Part shown: one piece after another, positions 7,340-16,954 of the stretch
Numbering within the stretch: the stretch's first letter is position 1
How the letters are laid out: the number at the start of each line of letters is the position of its first letter
The notes under the pieces: generated by a model
Database searches by the model: none
Told to the model about the DNA's origin: nothing
What the model saw: only the letters and a program-made list of their open reading frames with translations
Program-made: the position numbers and the translations under genes
NCBI GenBank assembly: GCA_015063765.1
Contig: SVTN01000003.1
Span: forward strand, 1-35,882
Direction of reading: 5' to 3'
Length of the DNA stretch: 35,882 nt
Origin: Oscillospiraceae bacterium
Lineage (GTDB): Bacteria > Bacillota > Clostridia > Oscillospirales > CAG-272

Positions 7340-8464
7340 ATGATATACAACGCCTTTCAAGAGCTCTCCCTCTCTATGCTCGGCATGGGCGGCATGCGCT
7401 TCCCGACGTATCCCGACGGAAAAGTCAACATGGAAGAAACGCAAAAGCTCTTTGACGCATGCATCGAGCGCGGCGTCAACTACTTTGACACCGCATGGTT
7501 TTACCACAACGGCATGTCGGAAGGTGCGGTCGGTAAGATCCTCTCCCGCTATCCGCGCGACAGCTACTACCTTGCCACCAAAATGCCTTGGTACGATTTT
7601 GAAGGAAGAGCGGGAATGGAAGCGCTCTTTGAAAAGCAGTTTGAGCGCACGGGCGTCGAATATTTCGACTTCTACCTCATCCACAACGTCAGCGACATGA
7701 CCTATCCCGTCTATACCGACCCCTCCCTCTCAATCCCCGAATTTCTCGCAGAGAAGCACAAGGAAGGACGCTTCCGCCACTTCGGCTTCTCTACGCACGC
7801 ATCCAACCCGACGCTTGTGAAATTTCTCGACATCTACGGTGAGCTGTTTGAGTTTTGCCAAATGCAACTCAACTGGCTGGACTGGAAGCTGCAGGATGCC
7901 GAAGAGAAGGTAGAGATCCTTCGCCGCCGCGGTCTTCCCATTTGGGTCATGGAGCCTCTGCGCGGCGGAAAGCTCGCCTCCCTTGCTCCCGAGGACGAGG
8001 CGGTCCTGAAAGCACTCCGTCCCGATGAAAGCATCGGCGCGTGGGCGTTCCGCTTCTTACAGTCCATTCCCGAGGTCACCCTCGTGCTGTCTGGCATGCA
8101 AAGTCTTGATATCATCGAAGAAAACGCCCGCACCTTCCAAGAGCATAAGCCGCTCACGAAAGCAGAATGGGACGCCCTGCTCGCCATCGCCGACCGCCTG
8201 CTCTCTAAGAAAACGCTTGCCTGCACCGAATGCAAATATTGCACGCGCGAGTGTCCGCAGTCGTTAGATATCCCCAAGCTGCTCTCCGTCTACAGCAACA
8301 CCTGCCTGATGGGCACCGCCCCCGACCGCGCCCGCCTCGCCAAGAAGCTCGGCGAGGATAAGCTCCCCTCCGCCTGCATCGGCTGCCGCGCCTGCGAGGC
8401 CAAATGTCCCCAAGGCATCAAGATCTCCGAGATCCTAGACGACTTCTCCAAAGCACTCAAATAA
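7340..8464 (+). CDS. Aldo/keto reductase with C-terminal 4Fe-4S dicluster domain
   Basis: LGMGGMRFP, NYFDTAW.Y, LATK, MEPLRGG; CTECKYC...CP and CIGCRACEAKCP. Confidence 0.92.
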   Translation: MIYNAFQELSLSMLGMGGMRFPTYPDGKVNMEETQKLFDACIERGVNYFDTAWFYHNGMSEGAVGKILSRYPRDSYYLATKMPWYDFEGRAGMEALFEKQFERTGVEYFDFYLIHNVSDMTYPVYTDPSLSIPEFLAEKHKEGRFRHFGFSTHASNPTLVKFLDIYGELFEFCQMQLNWLDWKLQDAEEKVEILRRRGLPIWVMEPLRGGKLASLAPEDEAVLKALRPDESIGAWAFRFLQSIPEVTLVLSGMQSLDIIEENARTFQEHKPLTKAEWDALLAIADRLLSKKTLACTECKYCTRECPQSLDIPKLLSVYSNTCLMGTAPDRARLAKKLGEDKLPSACIGCRACEAKCPQGIKISEILDDFSKALK

Positions 8465-8469
8465 CCCCC

Positions 8470-8498
8470 GCCCGCTCGCTCCGCCGAGCGGGCTTTTT
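8470..8498 (+). terminator. Rho-independent terminator
   Basis: gcccgctcg / cgagcgggc followed by ttttt, just after the stop codon. Confidence 0.85.
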
Positions 8499-8537
8499 GT
8501 CACAAAGGAGCGAAAGCGCACTTTTTTCGCCCAAGGG

Positions 8538-8566
8538 TTGACATTTTTTTGTATTTATATTATAAT
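8538..8566 (+). promoter_or_regulatory. sigmaA promoter of the polysaccharide operon
   Basis: TTGACA 8538-8543, 17 bp, TATAAT 8561-8566. Confidence 0.85.
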
Positions 8567-8641
8567 ATTAAATAATGAAACGCCGTAGGCTTAAATTGTT
8601 CGTTTCAAACAAGACCGGATTAAGAACTCAGGAGGCATCGC

Positions 8642-9277
8642 ATGTACAAAAAGTTTTTCAAGCGTATCATAGATTTTATCGCCGCTTTGATTGTACTCAT
8701 CGTATCTTCTCCCATTCTGTTGCTCATTGCCATTGCAATCAAAATTGACTCACGCGGACCTGTTGTTTTCAAGCAAAGGCGACTGGGCAAAAACGGCAAA
8801 GAATACAACATGTATAAGTTTAGGACAATGGTAGTCAACGCCGAGGCAGGAGGAGTTTACTCCGACAATAAGGACCCGCGCATAACCAAGGTTGGCGGTT
8901 TTCTCAGACGTACATCGCTGGATGAGCTGTTACAATGCGTTAACATACTCAAGGGAGATATGAGCTGGGTGGGCTTCCGTCCTCCGCTGACCTATCATCC
9001 TTGGCCCTTTGACAAATACACCGAGGAACAAAAACGGATGTTTGATGTTCTTCCCGGCATCACAGGATGGGCACAGGTGAACGGCAGAAAAGGCGTTGAA
9101 TGGAACAAGCGCATCGAATTGAATGTTTGGTACGCAAATCACGTATCACTTTGGTTAGACATAAAAATCTTATGGCTTACTGTGTGGAAGGTGCTCGCGA
9201 ATGACGACAACGAGAACACAGGGGCAACCGTGGTAGTAGAGACCGAAAAGGAAGAGGAGAAAGAGACGGTAGATTAA
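8642..9277 (+). CDS. Initiating phosphoglycosyl transferase (bacterial sugar transferase, small PglC-type)
   Basis: KRIID, DSRGPV.FKQ.R.G, YKFRTM, DPRIT.VG.FLR.TSLDEL, PGITGWAQVNGR; SD ggagg. Confidence 0.93.
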   Translation: MYKKFFKRIIDFIAALIVLIVSSPILLLIAIAIKIDSRGPVVFKQRRLGKNGKEYNMYKFRTMVVNAEAGGVYSDNKDPRITKVGGFLRRTSLDELLQCVNILKGDMSWVGFRPPLTYHPWPFDKYTEEQKRMFDVLPGITGWAQVNGRKGVEWNKRIELNVWYANHVSLWLDIKILWLTVWKVLANDDNENTGATVVVETEKEEEKETVD

Positions 9278-9279
9278 AA

Positions 9280-10107
9280 ATGTCTTTAAAACTCATGTAC
9301 ATAACAAACCGTCCCGAAATCGCGAAAATCGCCGAATCGGCAGGCGTGGACAGAATCTTTGTCGACCTCGAGTATATCGGTAAAGAAGACCGTCAAGGCG
9401 GCATGGACACCGTGCAATCCCATCATACACTTGACGATGTTAAGCGAATTGCACAGACCGTCAACAGAGCAGAGGTGCTGGTTCGTGTCAATCCCATCCA
9501 CGATGCAACAAAAAAGTATTGCTCTTCCGAAGAAGAGATCCGGGCAGCGATCGAAAACGGTGCCGACATCATTATGCTGCCTTTTTTCAAAACGCTGAAC
9601 GAAGTAAAGCGATTTGTTTCCGCGGTAAACGGGAAAGCCAAAGCGATGCTTTTGCTTGAAACTCCGGAATCGGTAGATATTATCGACGGCATCCTGTCGA
9701 TAAAGGGAATTGATTTTATTCATATCGGGCTGAATGATCTTAGCCTTGGATACGGAATGAAATTCATGTTTGAGCTCTTGACAGATGGAACTGTTGAAAA
9801 ACTGTGCACAAAAATCCGAAACAAGGGAATTCCATACGGCTTCGGCGGAATCGCCTCCATCGGTAAGGGAGCGATTCCTGCTGAAATGATCATTGAAGAG
9901 CATTATCGCCTCGGCTCTACATGCGCCATTTTATCCCGCAGCTTCTGCAATGTGGACAAGATTGATCGTATAGACACCGTCCGCGCAACGTTTGTAAACG
10001 GAATGCGCGAAATCCGCAAATTCGAAGTGGAATGTCAAAATCGCACCGATCATTTTGCAGCCAACGCGCGAAAAATAGCAGAAGCAGTGAAAAAAATCAT
10101 CGAATGA
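9280..10107 (+). CDS. HpcH/HpaI aldolase / citrate lyase family protein
   Basis: GVDRIFVDLE, VRVNP, GADIIMLP, LLLET, HIGLNDL. Confidence 0.82.
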   Translation: MSLKLMYITNRPEIAKIAESAGVDRIFVDLEYIGKEDRQGGMDTVQSHHTLDDVKRIAQTVNRAEVLVRVNPIHDATKKYCSSEEEIRAAIENGADIIMLPFFKTLNEVKRFVSAVNGKAKAMLLLETPESVDIIDGILSIKGIDFIHIGLNDLSLGYGMKFMFELLTDGTVEKLCTKIRNKGIPYGFGGIASIGKGAIPAEMIIEEHYRLGSTCAILSRSFCNVDKIDRIDTVRATFVNGMREIRKFEVECQNRTDHFAANARKIAEAVKKIIE

Positions 10108-10117
10108 GGAAACCAAA

Positions 10118-11020
10118 ATGAATTTGCTTGTGACAGGGGCGTTCGCCTGGACAGAAAACGAATTGAATATTTTGCGCTCGCTCGGTCACGATGTATTGTT
10201 CATGCAACAGGAAAGCACCAAGCTCCCCTGCGATGCAGGTTGGGTGGAAGGCATCATCGGAAACGGCATTTTTCTACACCACCCGATCGAAGAATTTACC
10301 TCTCTGCACTTTATTCAGCTTACAAGCGCAGGCTTTGACCGCGTCCCGATGGATTATGTTGAAGAGCACGGTATCAAAATATACAACGCTCGCGGCGTAT
10401 ACAGCGTTCCCATGGCAGAATTTGCGCTGGGAGGAGTGCTACAGCTATACAAGCAAAGCAAGTTTTTTCGAAGCAACCAAGAAGAACGCAAATGGGAAAA
10501 GCATCGCGGGCTGTTAGAGCTTTATCAAAAAAACGTTTGCATCGTTGGCTGCGGTAGCGTTGGCAACGAATGCGCAAAGCGCTTTCAATGCTTTGGTTGT
10601 CACGTAACCGGTGTTGACGTTGCGCCATATCACAACGAATTATACGATATTATGCTCCCCCTCGACCGCCTGAACGATGCGCTCAGGGAAGCGGATATCA
10701 CCATTCTCACGCTCCCGCTCGCAAAGGAAACAAAGCATCTGATCAATGCCGATCGTTTTGCCGCAATGAAGCTGGGATGCGTGCTTGTCAATATCGCCCG
10801 TGGGGCTATCGTTGATGCCGATGCGATGATCTCCGCATTAAAAACAACGCTCGGCGGCGCCGTCTTAGATGTGTTTGAGGACGAGCCGCTTCCCGCAAGC
10901 AGTCCGCTGTGGGAATTTGATCATGTGATCATTACACCCCACAACAGTTTTATCAGCGACGGCAACCACGCTCGGATGCTTGCGGTGATCATGAACAACT
11001 TGAAAGGGATTGCAAAATGA
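10118..11020 (+). CDS. D-isomer-specific 2-hydroxyacid dehydrogenase (NAD-dependent)
   Basis: SAGFD, NARG, IVGCGSVG, LPL..ET, VNIARG, LDVFEDEPL, ITPH. Confidence 0.92.
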   Translation: MNLLVTGAFAWTENELNILRSLGHDVLFMQQESTKLPCDAGWVEGIIGNGIFLHHPIEEFTSLHFIQLTSAGFDRVPMDYVEEHGIKIYNARGVYSVPMAEFALGGVLQLYKQSKFFRSNQEERKWEKHRGLLELYQKNVCIVGCGSVGNECAKRFQCFGCHVTGVDVAPYHNELYDIMLPLDRLNDALREADITILTLPLAKETKHLINADRFAAMKLGCVLVNIARGAIVDADAMISALKTTLGGAVLDVFEDEPLPASSPLWEFDHVIITPHNSFISDGNHARMLAVIMNNLKGIAK

Positions 11021-12177
11021 AAAAGATCTGCATCGTAACAACGAAATGGTCGTCTATAAACAACTGGATAAAGCCGTTTTTGAACGAATATGCAAACCGC
11101 GGCGTAGACGTTTCCATTGCATGCGATATGGATGCCGAATATGAAAAAAACCTCAAAGAGGAGTTCCCCTTTGTTCATACATTCCCTATGCCCTTTCCGC
11201 GCGGAATAAAGCTACTTGGCTCCATAAAGAGCATACGGCTTTTGACCAAGCTTTTCAAGCGCGAAAAGTTTGACATGGTACAATATTCGACCCCCAACGC
11301 AAGCATGTATGCTGCCATAGCTTCAAACCGAGCAAGGATACCCGTCCGCTTATATTGCCAATGGGGCATGGTTTATGTGACCATGCATGGCATGAAGCGC
11401 CGCATATTTAAGGCGATCGAGCGTATGGTATGCCGTCGCTCTACACAGATACAGCCGGATAGCACGGGAAATTTGGAGTTTTGCCGCAAGGAAGGACTTT
11501 ACGACGAGAAAAAAAGCCTTGTCATATGGAACGGCAGTGCAAAAGGGCTTGACTTGACCGCATTTGATGTTTCCAAAAAAGCTGAATTTGCAAGCGAGAT
11601 CAAAGAGAAATACGACATCCCTGAAGACGCGCCCGTGATCGGCTTCGTCGGCAGGCTGGGAAGAGAAAAGGGCTGCAATGAGCTTTTCACCGCTTTTAAA
11701 GCACTGAAGGAGCAGTTTCCGTCACTCAAGCTTTTGTTTGTGGGACCGATAGAAAAAGAGGACACCATTGATCCCGAGCTTCTTTCATATTTCCAAAGCT
11801 GTGACGATATTATCAAGACCGATCGCGTGACAAATGTGGAAAAATACGTATCCGCTATGGATGTTTTTGTTTTACCCACCTATCGTGAAGGCTTTGGCAT
11901 GAGCGTGGTGGAGGCTTCTGCTATGGAAGTGCCTGTTGTCGTCACAAAATATCCCGGTCCTTCAAGTGCCATGCAAGAAGGGGTTACGGGAGTTTCCGTT
12001 GCAATCAAGGACAGTAAAGCTCTGGAAGTCGCGATCGCCGATTTGCTTGAAAACAAGGAAAAGAGCTTCGCCATGGGGCGTGCCGGAAGGCAATTCGTAG
12101 AAAACAGCTTTGAGCAAAAAGAATTTATAAAGCGTTATATGAGCAATCGAATGATGCTCTTGGGGTTAGAGGAATAA
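11017..12177 (+). CDS. Glycosyltransferase family 4
   Basis: FVGRLGREKG, YREGFGMSVVEA (EX7E); ATGA overlap with upstream gene. Confidence 0.92.
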   Translation: MKKICIVTTKWSSINNWIKPFLNEYANRGVDVSIACDMDAEYEKNLKEEFPFVHTFPMPFPRGIKLLGSIKSIRLLTKLFKREKFDMVQYSTPNASMYAAIASNRARIPVRLYCQWGMVYVTMHGMKRRIFKAIERMVCRRSTQIQPDSTGNLEFCRKEGLYDEKKSLVIWNGSAKGLDLTAFDVSKKAEFASEIKEKYDIPEDAPVIGFVGRLGREKGCNELFTAFKALKEQFPSLKLLFVGPIEKEDTIDPELLSYFQSCDDIIKTDRVTNVEKYVSAMDVFVLPTYREGFGMSVVEASAMEVPVVVTKYPGPSSAMQEGVTGVSVAIKDSKALEVAIADLLENKEKSFAMGRAGRQFVENSFEQKEFIKRYMSNRMMLLGLEE

Positions 12178-12224
12178 ACTTCTGATCCCGACTAATTTTA
12201 AGCACGAAGAGAAGGAGAAGAACG

Positions 12225-13520
12225 ATGCCGCGAATTCTGATATGTACTGTTGACAGCTGGAATTCCAAGCTGAGCGCAAGCAGCTCAAGCACATTTTCAT
12301 CTCTTTTTTCTCAGTACGATGTAAAGGACCTGGCGAATCTTTATATTCGCGAGGAGTTGCCCGACAGCAAAGTCTGCTCGAGATATTTTCAAATATCGGA
12401 GCAACGCGTGATCAAAAGCCTGCTTAAGCCGCGCATCAAAACGGGAAAAGAAGTTTTTGCTACCGAGGAAATGTCAAAAACCGAACTTGAAGCGCTGGAA
12501 AAATCCAATGAGCTTTACGGCAAAAATCGAGCAAAGCGCTCCTACTTTAAGCTTTTTGCGAGAGAAGCCATTTGGCGTTTTGGCAGATGGCGCTCAAAAG
12601 AGCTTAATGCTTTTCTTGAAGACTTTGCTCCCGATGTCGTGGTTTTTTCCATGGAGGGATACATCCACTTCAATCGCATTTGTCGATATATCATCAAGAA
12701 GACGGGCGCGCGGGCAATCGGTTATTTCTGGGATGACAATTTCACTTATAAGCAGTTAAAAAACAATTTCGGTTACCGCGCCTTGCGCTTTTTCCAAAGA
12801 CGAAGCTTAAAAAAGCTGGCAAAGCGCACCGATCGTTTTTGGGCAATCTCTCCTAAGACCAAAAGAGAAGCCGATGAATTTTTCGGCATAGAGTCCGTTC
12901 TGCTTACAAAGCCCGCTGATATGCCGGAGCGAAGCATTTTATCGAACGCGGCCCACGAGCGCCCCTTAAAAATGGTTTACACGGGAAATCTGGCCATCGG
13001 CAGAGCGTCCACGATCATCGCCGTTTCAAAAGCTTTGGACAAAATCAACGAAAGCGGATCCCAGATAGAATTGGACGTTTACACCCCTACAAAACTGTTG
13101 CCTGAAGAATCGCGAGAACTTGGAAACTTCGTGCAGCTCCATCCACCCGTCCCCTTGGAGGCGGTTGCCGCAATTCAACAAAAAGCGGACATTCTTCTTT
13201 TTGTTGAGGACATCGACGGCCCCTTAAGCAAAAAAGCAAGGCTTTCCTTTTCCACTAAGATCACAGATTATTTAAAAAGCGGAAAATGCATTTTAGCGCT
13301 CGGCAACGCCGATACTGCCCCGATGGAATACTTTGCACAAACGGGTGCCGCCATCTGCGTGACCCAAAAAGAGCACATTGAAGAAGCCCTCTTGACTGTT
13401 TTAAAATCTCCCGACATTCTTGCAGAATACGCAGAAAGAGCATACAAGAGCGGCAAAGAAAACCATGACGGAGAAAAGATCCGAAGGATCGTCAAAGAAA
13501 CGATTGCGGCGCTTGTGTAG
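12225..13520 (+). CDS. Putative GT-B glycosyltransferase (GT4-like, divergent)
   Basis: 431 aa; YTGNL, ADILLFVE, STKITDYLKSGKCIL; operon context. Confidence 0.65.
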   Translation: MPRILICTVDSWNSKLSASSSSTFSSLFSQYDVKDLANLYIREELPDSKVCSRYFQISEQRVIKSLLKPRIKTGKEVFATEEMSKTELEALEKSNELYGKNRAKRSYFKLFAREAIWRFGRWRSKELNAFLEDFAPDVVVFSMEGYIHFNRICRYIIKKTGARAIGYFWDDNFTYKQLKNNFGYRALRFFQRRSLKKLAKRTDRFWAISPKTKREADEFFGIESVLLTKPADMPERSILSNAAHERPLKMVYTGNLAIGRASTIIAVSKALDKINESGSQIELDVYTPTKLLPEESRELGNFVQLHPPVPLEAVAAIQQKADILLFVEDIDGPLSKKARLSFSTKITDYLKSGKCILALGNADTAPMEYFAQTGAAICVTQKEHIEEALLTVLKSPDILAEYAERAYKSGKENHDGEKIRRIVKETIAALV

Positions 13521-13567
13521 TATAACATTCAGCTTCCGCATCGTATACATCTCGGGAAGGAGAACAC

Positions 13568-14770
13568 ATGAAGATCGTTCAAATGAATGCGACCTGCGGC
13601 ACAGGCAGTACGGGAAAAATTTGTTCCGCAATCGCGGCTCTTCTCGATCGAAACGGTGTTGAGAATTATGTATTCTACAGCTCGGATAAATCTTCGGATC
13701 CGCACGGCAAAAGATTTCTTTCCAAGCGAGCACTGAAACTGCAAGCCGTTTTCTCACGTGTGCTTGGAAATTATGGATTTAACACCCGTTGCGCCACGAG
13801 GCGAATTCTAAAAAAGCTTGACGAGACATCTCCCGATATCGTGCATCTGCACAACCTTCACGGGCACAATGTAAACCTTACGCTTTTATTCCGTTACTTC
13901 AAAAAGCATCCTGAGATTAAAATCATTTGGACCTTTCACGATTGCTGGGCGTTTACCGGCTACTGCACCCACTTTGTTATGGATAAATGCGACAAGTGGA
14001 TGCATGGCTGTCATGATTGTCCGCAACGCAAAAAATACAGTTGGTTTTTCGACCGTAGCCACACCCTATACCGCAGAAAAAAGGAACTCTTTGCAGGACT
14101 TGATCTGACAGTTGTTACCCCCTCAGAGTGGCTCGCCGGGCTTGTAAAGCAATCCTTTTTGAAAGACTCCCCCGTCAAAGTGATTAACAACGGCATCGAT
14201 TTGACGGTTTTTCAGCCCCGAAAAAGCAATTTTAGGGAAAAACACAACATTCCCGAAGATAAATACATCCTGCTCGGCGTGGCATTTGATTGGGGAGAGA
14301 GAAAAGGCTTAGACGTTTTCGTTGATCTTGCACACAGCTTACCCCGTGATTATCAAATCGTGTTGGTCGGAACCAACGGAGAAACAGATCGTCAATTACC
14401 GAACAACATCATTTCGATCCACCGCACCAAAAACCAGACCGAACTTGCCGAAATCTATTCGGCTGCAGATCTGTTCGTGAATCCCACCAGAGAAGAAAAT
14501 TACCCTACGGTAAACATGGAATCGATCGCCTGCGGCACTCCGGTATTGACCTTCCGCACAGGCGGCAGTCCCGAAATTGTCGATGAGCGTTGCGGCTGCG
14601 TCGTGGACTGTGACGATATTAAAGCCTTGAAGGCATGCATTGCGGATATAAGAGCTAACAAGCCGTTTGATACGACGGGATGCCTTGAAAGATCCGCAAG
14701 CTTTGATGCAAACGACAAATTTGCGGAATACATCAAACTATACAACATACGAATGGAAGACAAGAAATGA
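13568..14770 (+). CDS. Glycosyltransferase family 4 (WcaC-like)
   Basis: GSTGKI, HLHNLH, WTFHDCW.FTG.C, TPSEWL, NGID, EENYPTVNMES.ACGTP. Confidence 0.9.
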   Translation: MKIVQMNATCGTGSTGKICSAIAALLDRNGVENYVFYSSDKSSDPHGKRFLSKRALKLQAVFSRVLGNYGFNTRCATRRILKKLDETSPDIVHLHNLHGHNVNLTLLFRYFKKHPEIKIIWTFHDCWAFTGYCTHFVMDKCDKWMHGCHDCPQRKKYSWFFDRSHTLYRRKKELFAGLDLTVVTPSEWLAGLVKQSFLKDSPVKVINNGIDLTVFQPRKSNFREKHNIPEDKYILLGVAFDWGERKGLDVFVDLAHSLPRDYQIVLVGTNGETDRQLPNNIISIHRTKNQTELAEIYSAADLFVNPTREENYPTVNMESIACGTPVLTFRTGGSPEIVDERCGCVVDCDDIKALKACIADIRANKPFDTTGCLERSASFDANDKFAEYIKLYNIRMEDKK

Positions 14771-15852
14771 TCGTTTGGATCGGAATGTTTGTATTCATCG
14801 TGGGGGTCAAAGCCCTCATGCAGGACCTGGATACACAAAAGAAAAGAAAAACCTATCTGATCATCGTCGGATTGGCACTTGCCCTGCTTTTTGCATTACG
14901 CGGCGAAAACTACGGTGGTGTTTACGATCTGCGCGTTTATATGGACTTTTTCGAAGAAACCGCAACAACCGCATGGGGTGACCTGTTCGCAGATTCTGAT
15001 TTTGAAGTTGGGTTTGTTGTCTTAAACAAGCTTTTATCGTTGCTCTCGCACAACAGGCGCACGATCATTGTATTCCACGCGTTCTTCTGTATCTACTCTG
15101 TGTGCAGATTCATATACAAGAACACAGATGAGGTTTTTTGGGCATTTTTGTTCTTTTTCTCGCTAGGAAACATGGGCTTTTTCCTGACAGGCTTGCGGCA
15201 AGCAATTGCGATATGCGTTTGCTTATTTGCGGTGGAAAAGGCAAAAAAGAAAAAGCTGATCTCCTTTGCTCTTGTCACATTGATTGCCTATTCAATCCAC
15301 CGCTCCGCGCTGGTTTTTGCTGTCATGTATTTGCTGCTCAAGATGGACCTTTTCAAGAGAAACAAAAAAATGATTATTTTGCCCATCATACTCATGATGA
15401 TCTTCTCGTCGCAAATCATCGGCTTTGGGCAGATGCTGTCCGACGAGGTGCTGGCAGCAGAAACCGCCACATTTTCGTTCAACGGAATCGTTCCGATCCT
15501 TATCTATGCCTTGACGATCATCGGACAGATCATACTTGTCAAAACAAAGAAGCAGTCCGAAAAGGATCCCCCCACGGAGCACAAGGATCCGTATATCGGC
15601 TTTTCCATGACGGCAATGGGACTCGGTCTTTATTTCTTGCGTTTCTACAACATGGCACTCGAAAGAATCTCTTTCTACTTTTTACAAGGCGCACCCGTTG
15701 GCTTGGCAGACGTCGTAGGATATTTGAAGCATGAGCGAATTGGAAGAGTGTTCGAGCTGATCATCATCGTACTGTGCTTTTTGCTTTTCTGGCACAGATT
15801 GGACGGTGCAAGCTATGCAGACTATGTCTTTTTCTGGAGGAAACAGATTTGA
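14767..15852 (+). CDS. EpsG family membrane protein (probable Wzy-type polymerase)
   Basis: 361 aa, many hydrophobic segments; ALRG...D...Y, E.GF, LRQAIA, IHRSA, C-terminal Y.FFW. Confidence 0.8.
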   Translation: MIVWIGMFVFIVGVKALMQDLDTQKKRKTYLIIVGLALALLFALRGENYGGVYDLRVYMDFFEETATTAWGDLFADSDFEVGFVVLNKLLSLLSHNRRTIIVFHAFFCIYSVCRFIYKNTDEVFWAFLFFFSLGNMGFFLTGLRQAIAICVCLFAVEKAKKKKLISFALVTLIAYSIHRSALVFAVMYLLLKMDLFKRNKKMIILPIILMMIFSSQIIGFGQMLSDEVLAAETATFSFNGIVPILIYALTIIGQIILVKTKKQSEKDPPTEHKDPYIGFSMTAMGLGLYFLRFYNMALERISFYFLQGAPVGLADVVGYLKHERIGRVFELIIIVLCFLLFWHRLDGASYADYVFFWRKQI

Positions 15853-16943
15853 AAGCAGTATTTGTAACGAATTATATGAATCATCACCAAAAGCCCTTGT
15901 GGGAAGAATTCATAAAGCATGTCGACGACTTTAAGTTTATTGCTTGCTCTGAACTCACCGAAGAGCGACGCAGCATGGGATATCATACCTACGATTTGCC
16001 CTATTTGATTCAATACACCCCCGAAAATGCTGACGCAATCGAAAAGATGGTCTTAGACGCCGATGTGGTCATCTTTGGCGAAAAACCGCAACCGCTTTTC
16101 AAAAAAAGGCTGATGACTAACAAGCTGACCCTCATTTTTTCCGAAAGACTCTTTAAAAAACCCGGAAGCGATCTCCTTCGTCCCTTAAAAAATCTCAAGC
16201 TAAGAAAAAAATATTTGGCAAACAAAAATACACCTCCCTTTTTGCTGTGCGCGGGGGCTTACGTGGAGCAGGACTACGTATCCTTTGGATATCCAAAGGG
16301 AAAGGCTTTGAAATGGGGCTATTTTCCCGAAATGTCTTTAAAGCCGCTGGACGAGCTCGAAGGACGAAAAAGCGAGAAGCTGACGCTCTTATGGGCAAGT
16401 AGATTTATCGCTTGGAAGCACCCTGAAATTGCTATTGAAATTGCATCATACCTAAAAGAAAAGCGGGTCGACTTTCAATTAAAAATGTTAGGCAACGGCG
16501 AATTGTTTGAAGACATGAAAGAGCTTGTCCGTCAGCAAGGGCTGGAAGATTTCATTACCATGCCCGGGGCGGTAAGTCCTGAGGAAGTAAAGCTTGAAAT
16601 GGAAAAGGCACACATCTTTTTGATGACCAGCGACCGTCAGGAGGGCTGGGGTGCCGTCGTCAACGAAGCGATGAGCTGTGCATGCACCGTTCTTTCCACC
16701 GCATATCCCGGGTGCGTCCCCTATCTTTTGAAGCATAGAGAAAACGGGATAATCGTCGATACTGAGGACTTTGCAAAATCAGCATATGACCTTTCACAAG
16801 ACCTGCCTTTCTGCCATAAACTTGGCAGGCACGCTTATCAAACCATTCACGAGGAATGGAACTATACCGTTGCGGCAAAACGACTGGTGGAATTCATAAA
16901 TACAAAAACGGTGTATGATGACGGACCGTTGTCATACAACTAA
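15849..16943 (+). CDS. Glycosyltransferase family 4
   Basis: Start moved to TTG 15849 (SD ggagg 15836-15840, TTGA overlap); NHHQ, WGYFP, RFIAWKHP, EGWGAVVNEAM. Confidence 0.88.
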   Translation: MKAVFVTNYMNHHQKPLWEEFIKHVDDFKFIACSELTEERRSMGYHTYDLPYLIQYTPENADAIEKMVLDADVVIFGEKPQPLFKKRLMTNKLTLIFSERLFKKPGSDLLRPLKNLKLRKKYLANKNTPPFLLCAGAYVEQDYVSFGYPKGKALKWGYFPEMSLKPLDELEGRKSEKLTLLWASRFIAWKHPEIAIEIASYLKEKRVDFQLKMLGNGELFEDMKELVRQQGLEDFITMPGAVSPEEVKLEMEKAHIFLMTSDRQEGWGAVVNEAMSCACTVLSTAYPGCVPYLLKHRENGIIVDTEDFAKSAYDLSQDLPFCHKLGRHAYQTIHEEWNYTVAAKRLVEFINTKTVYDDGPLSYN

Positions 16944-16954
16944 AGAGGTTGTCC

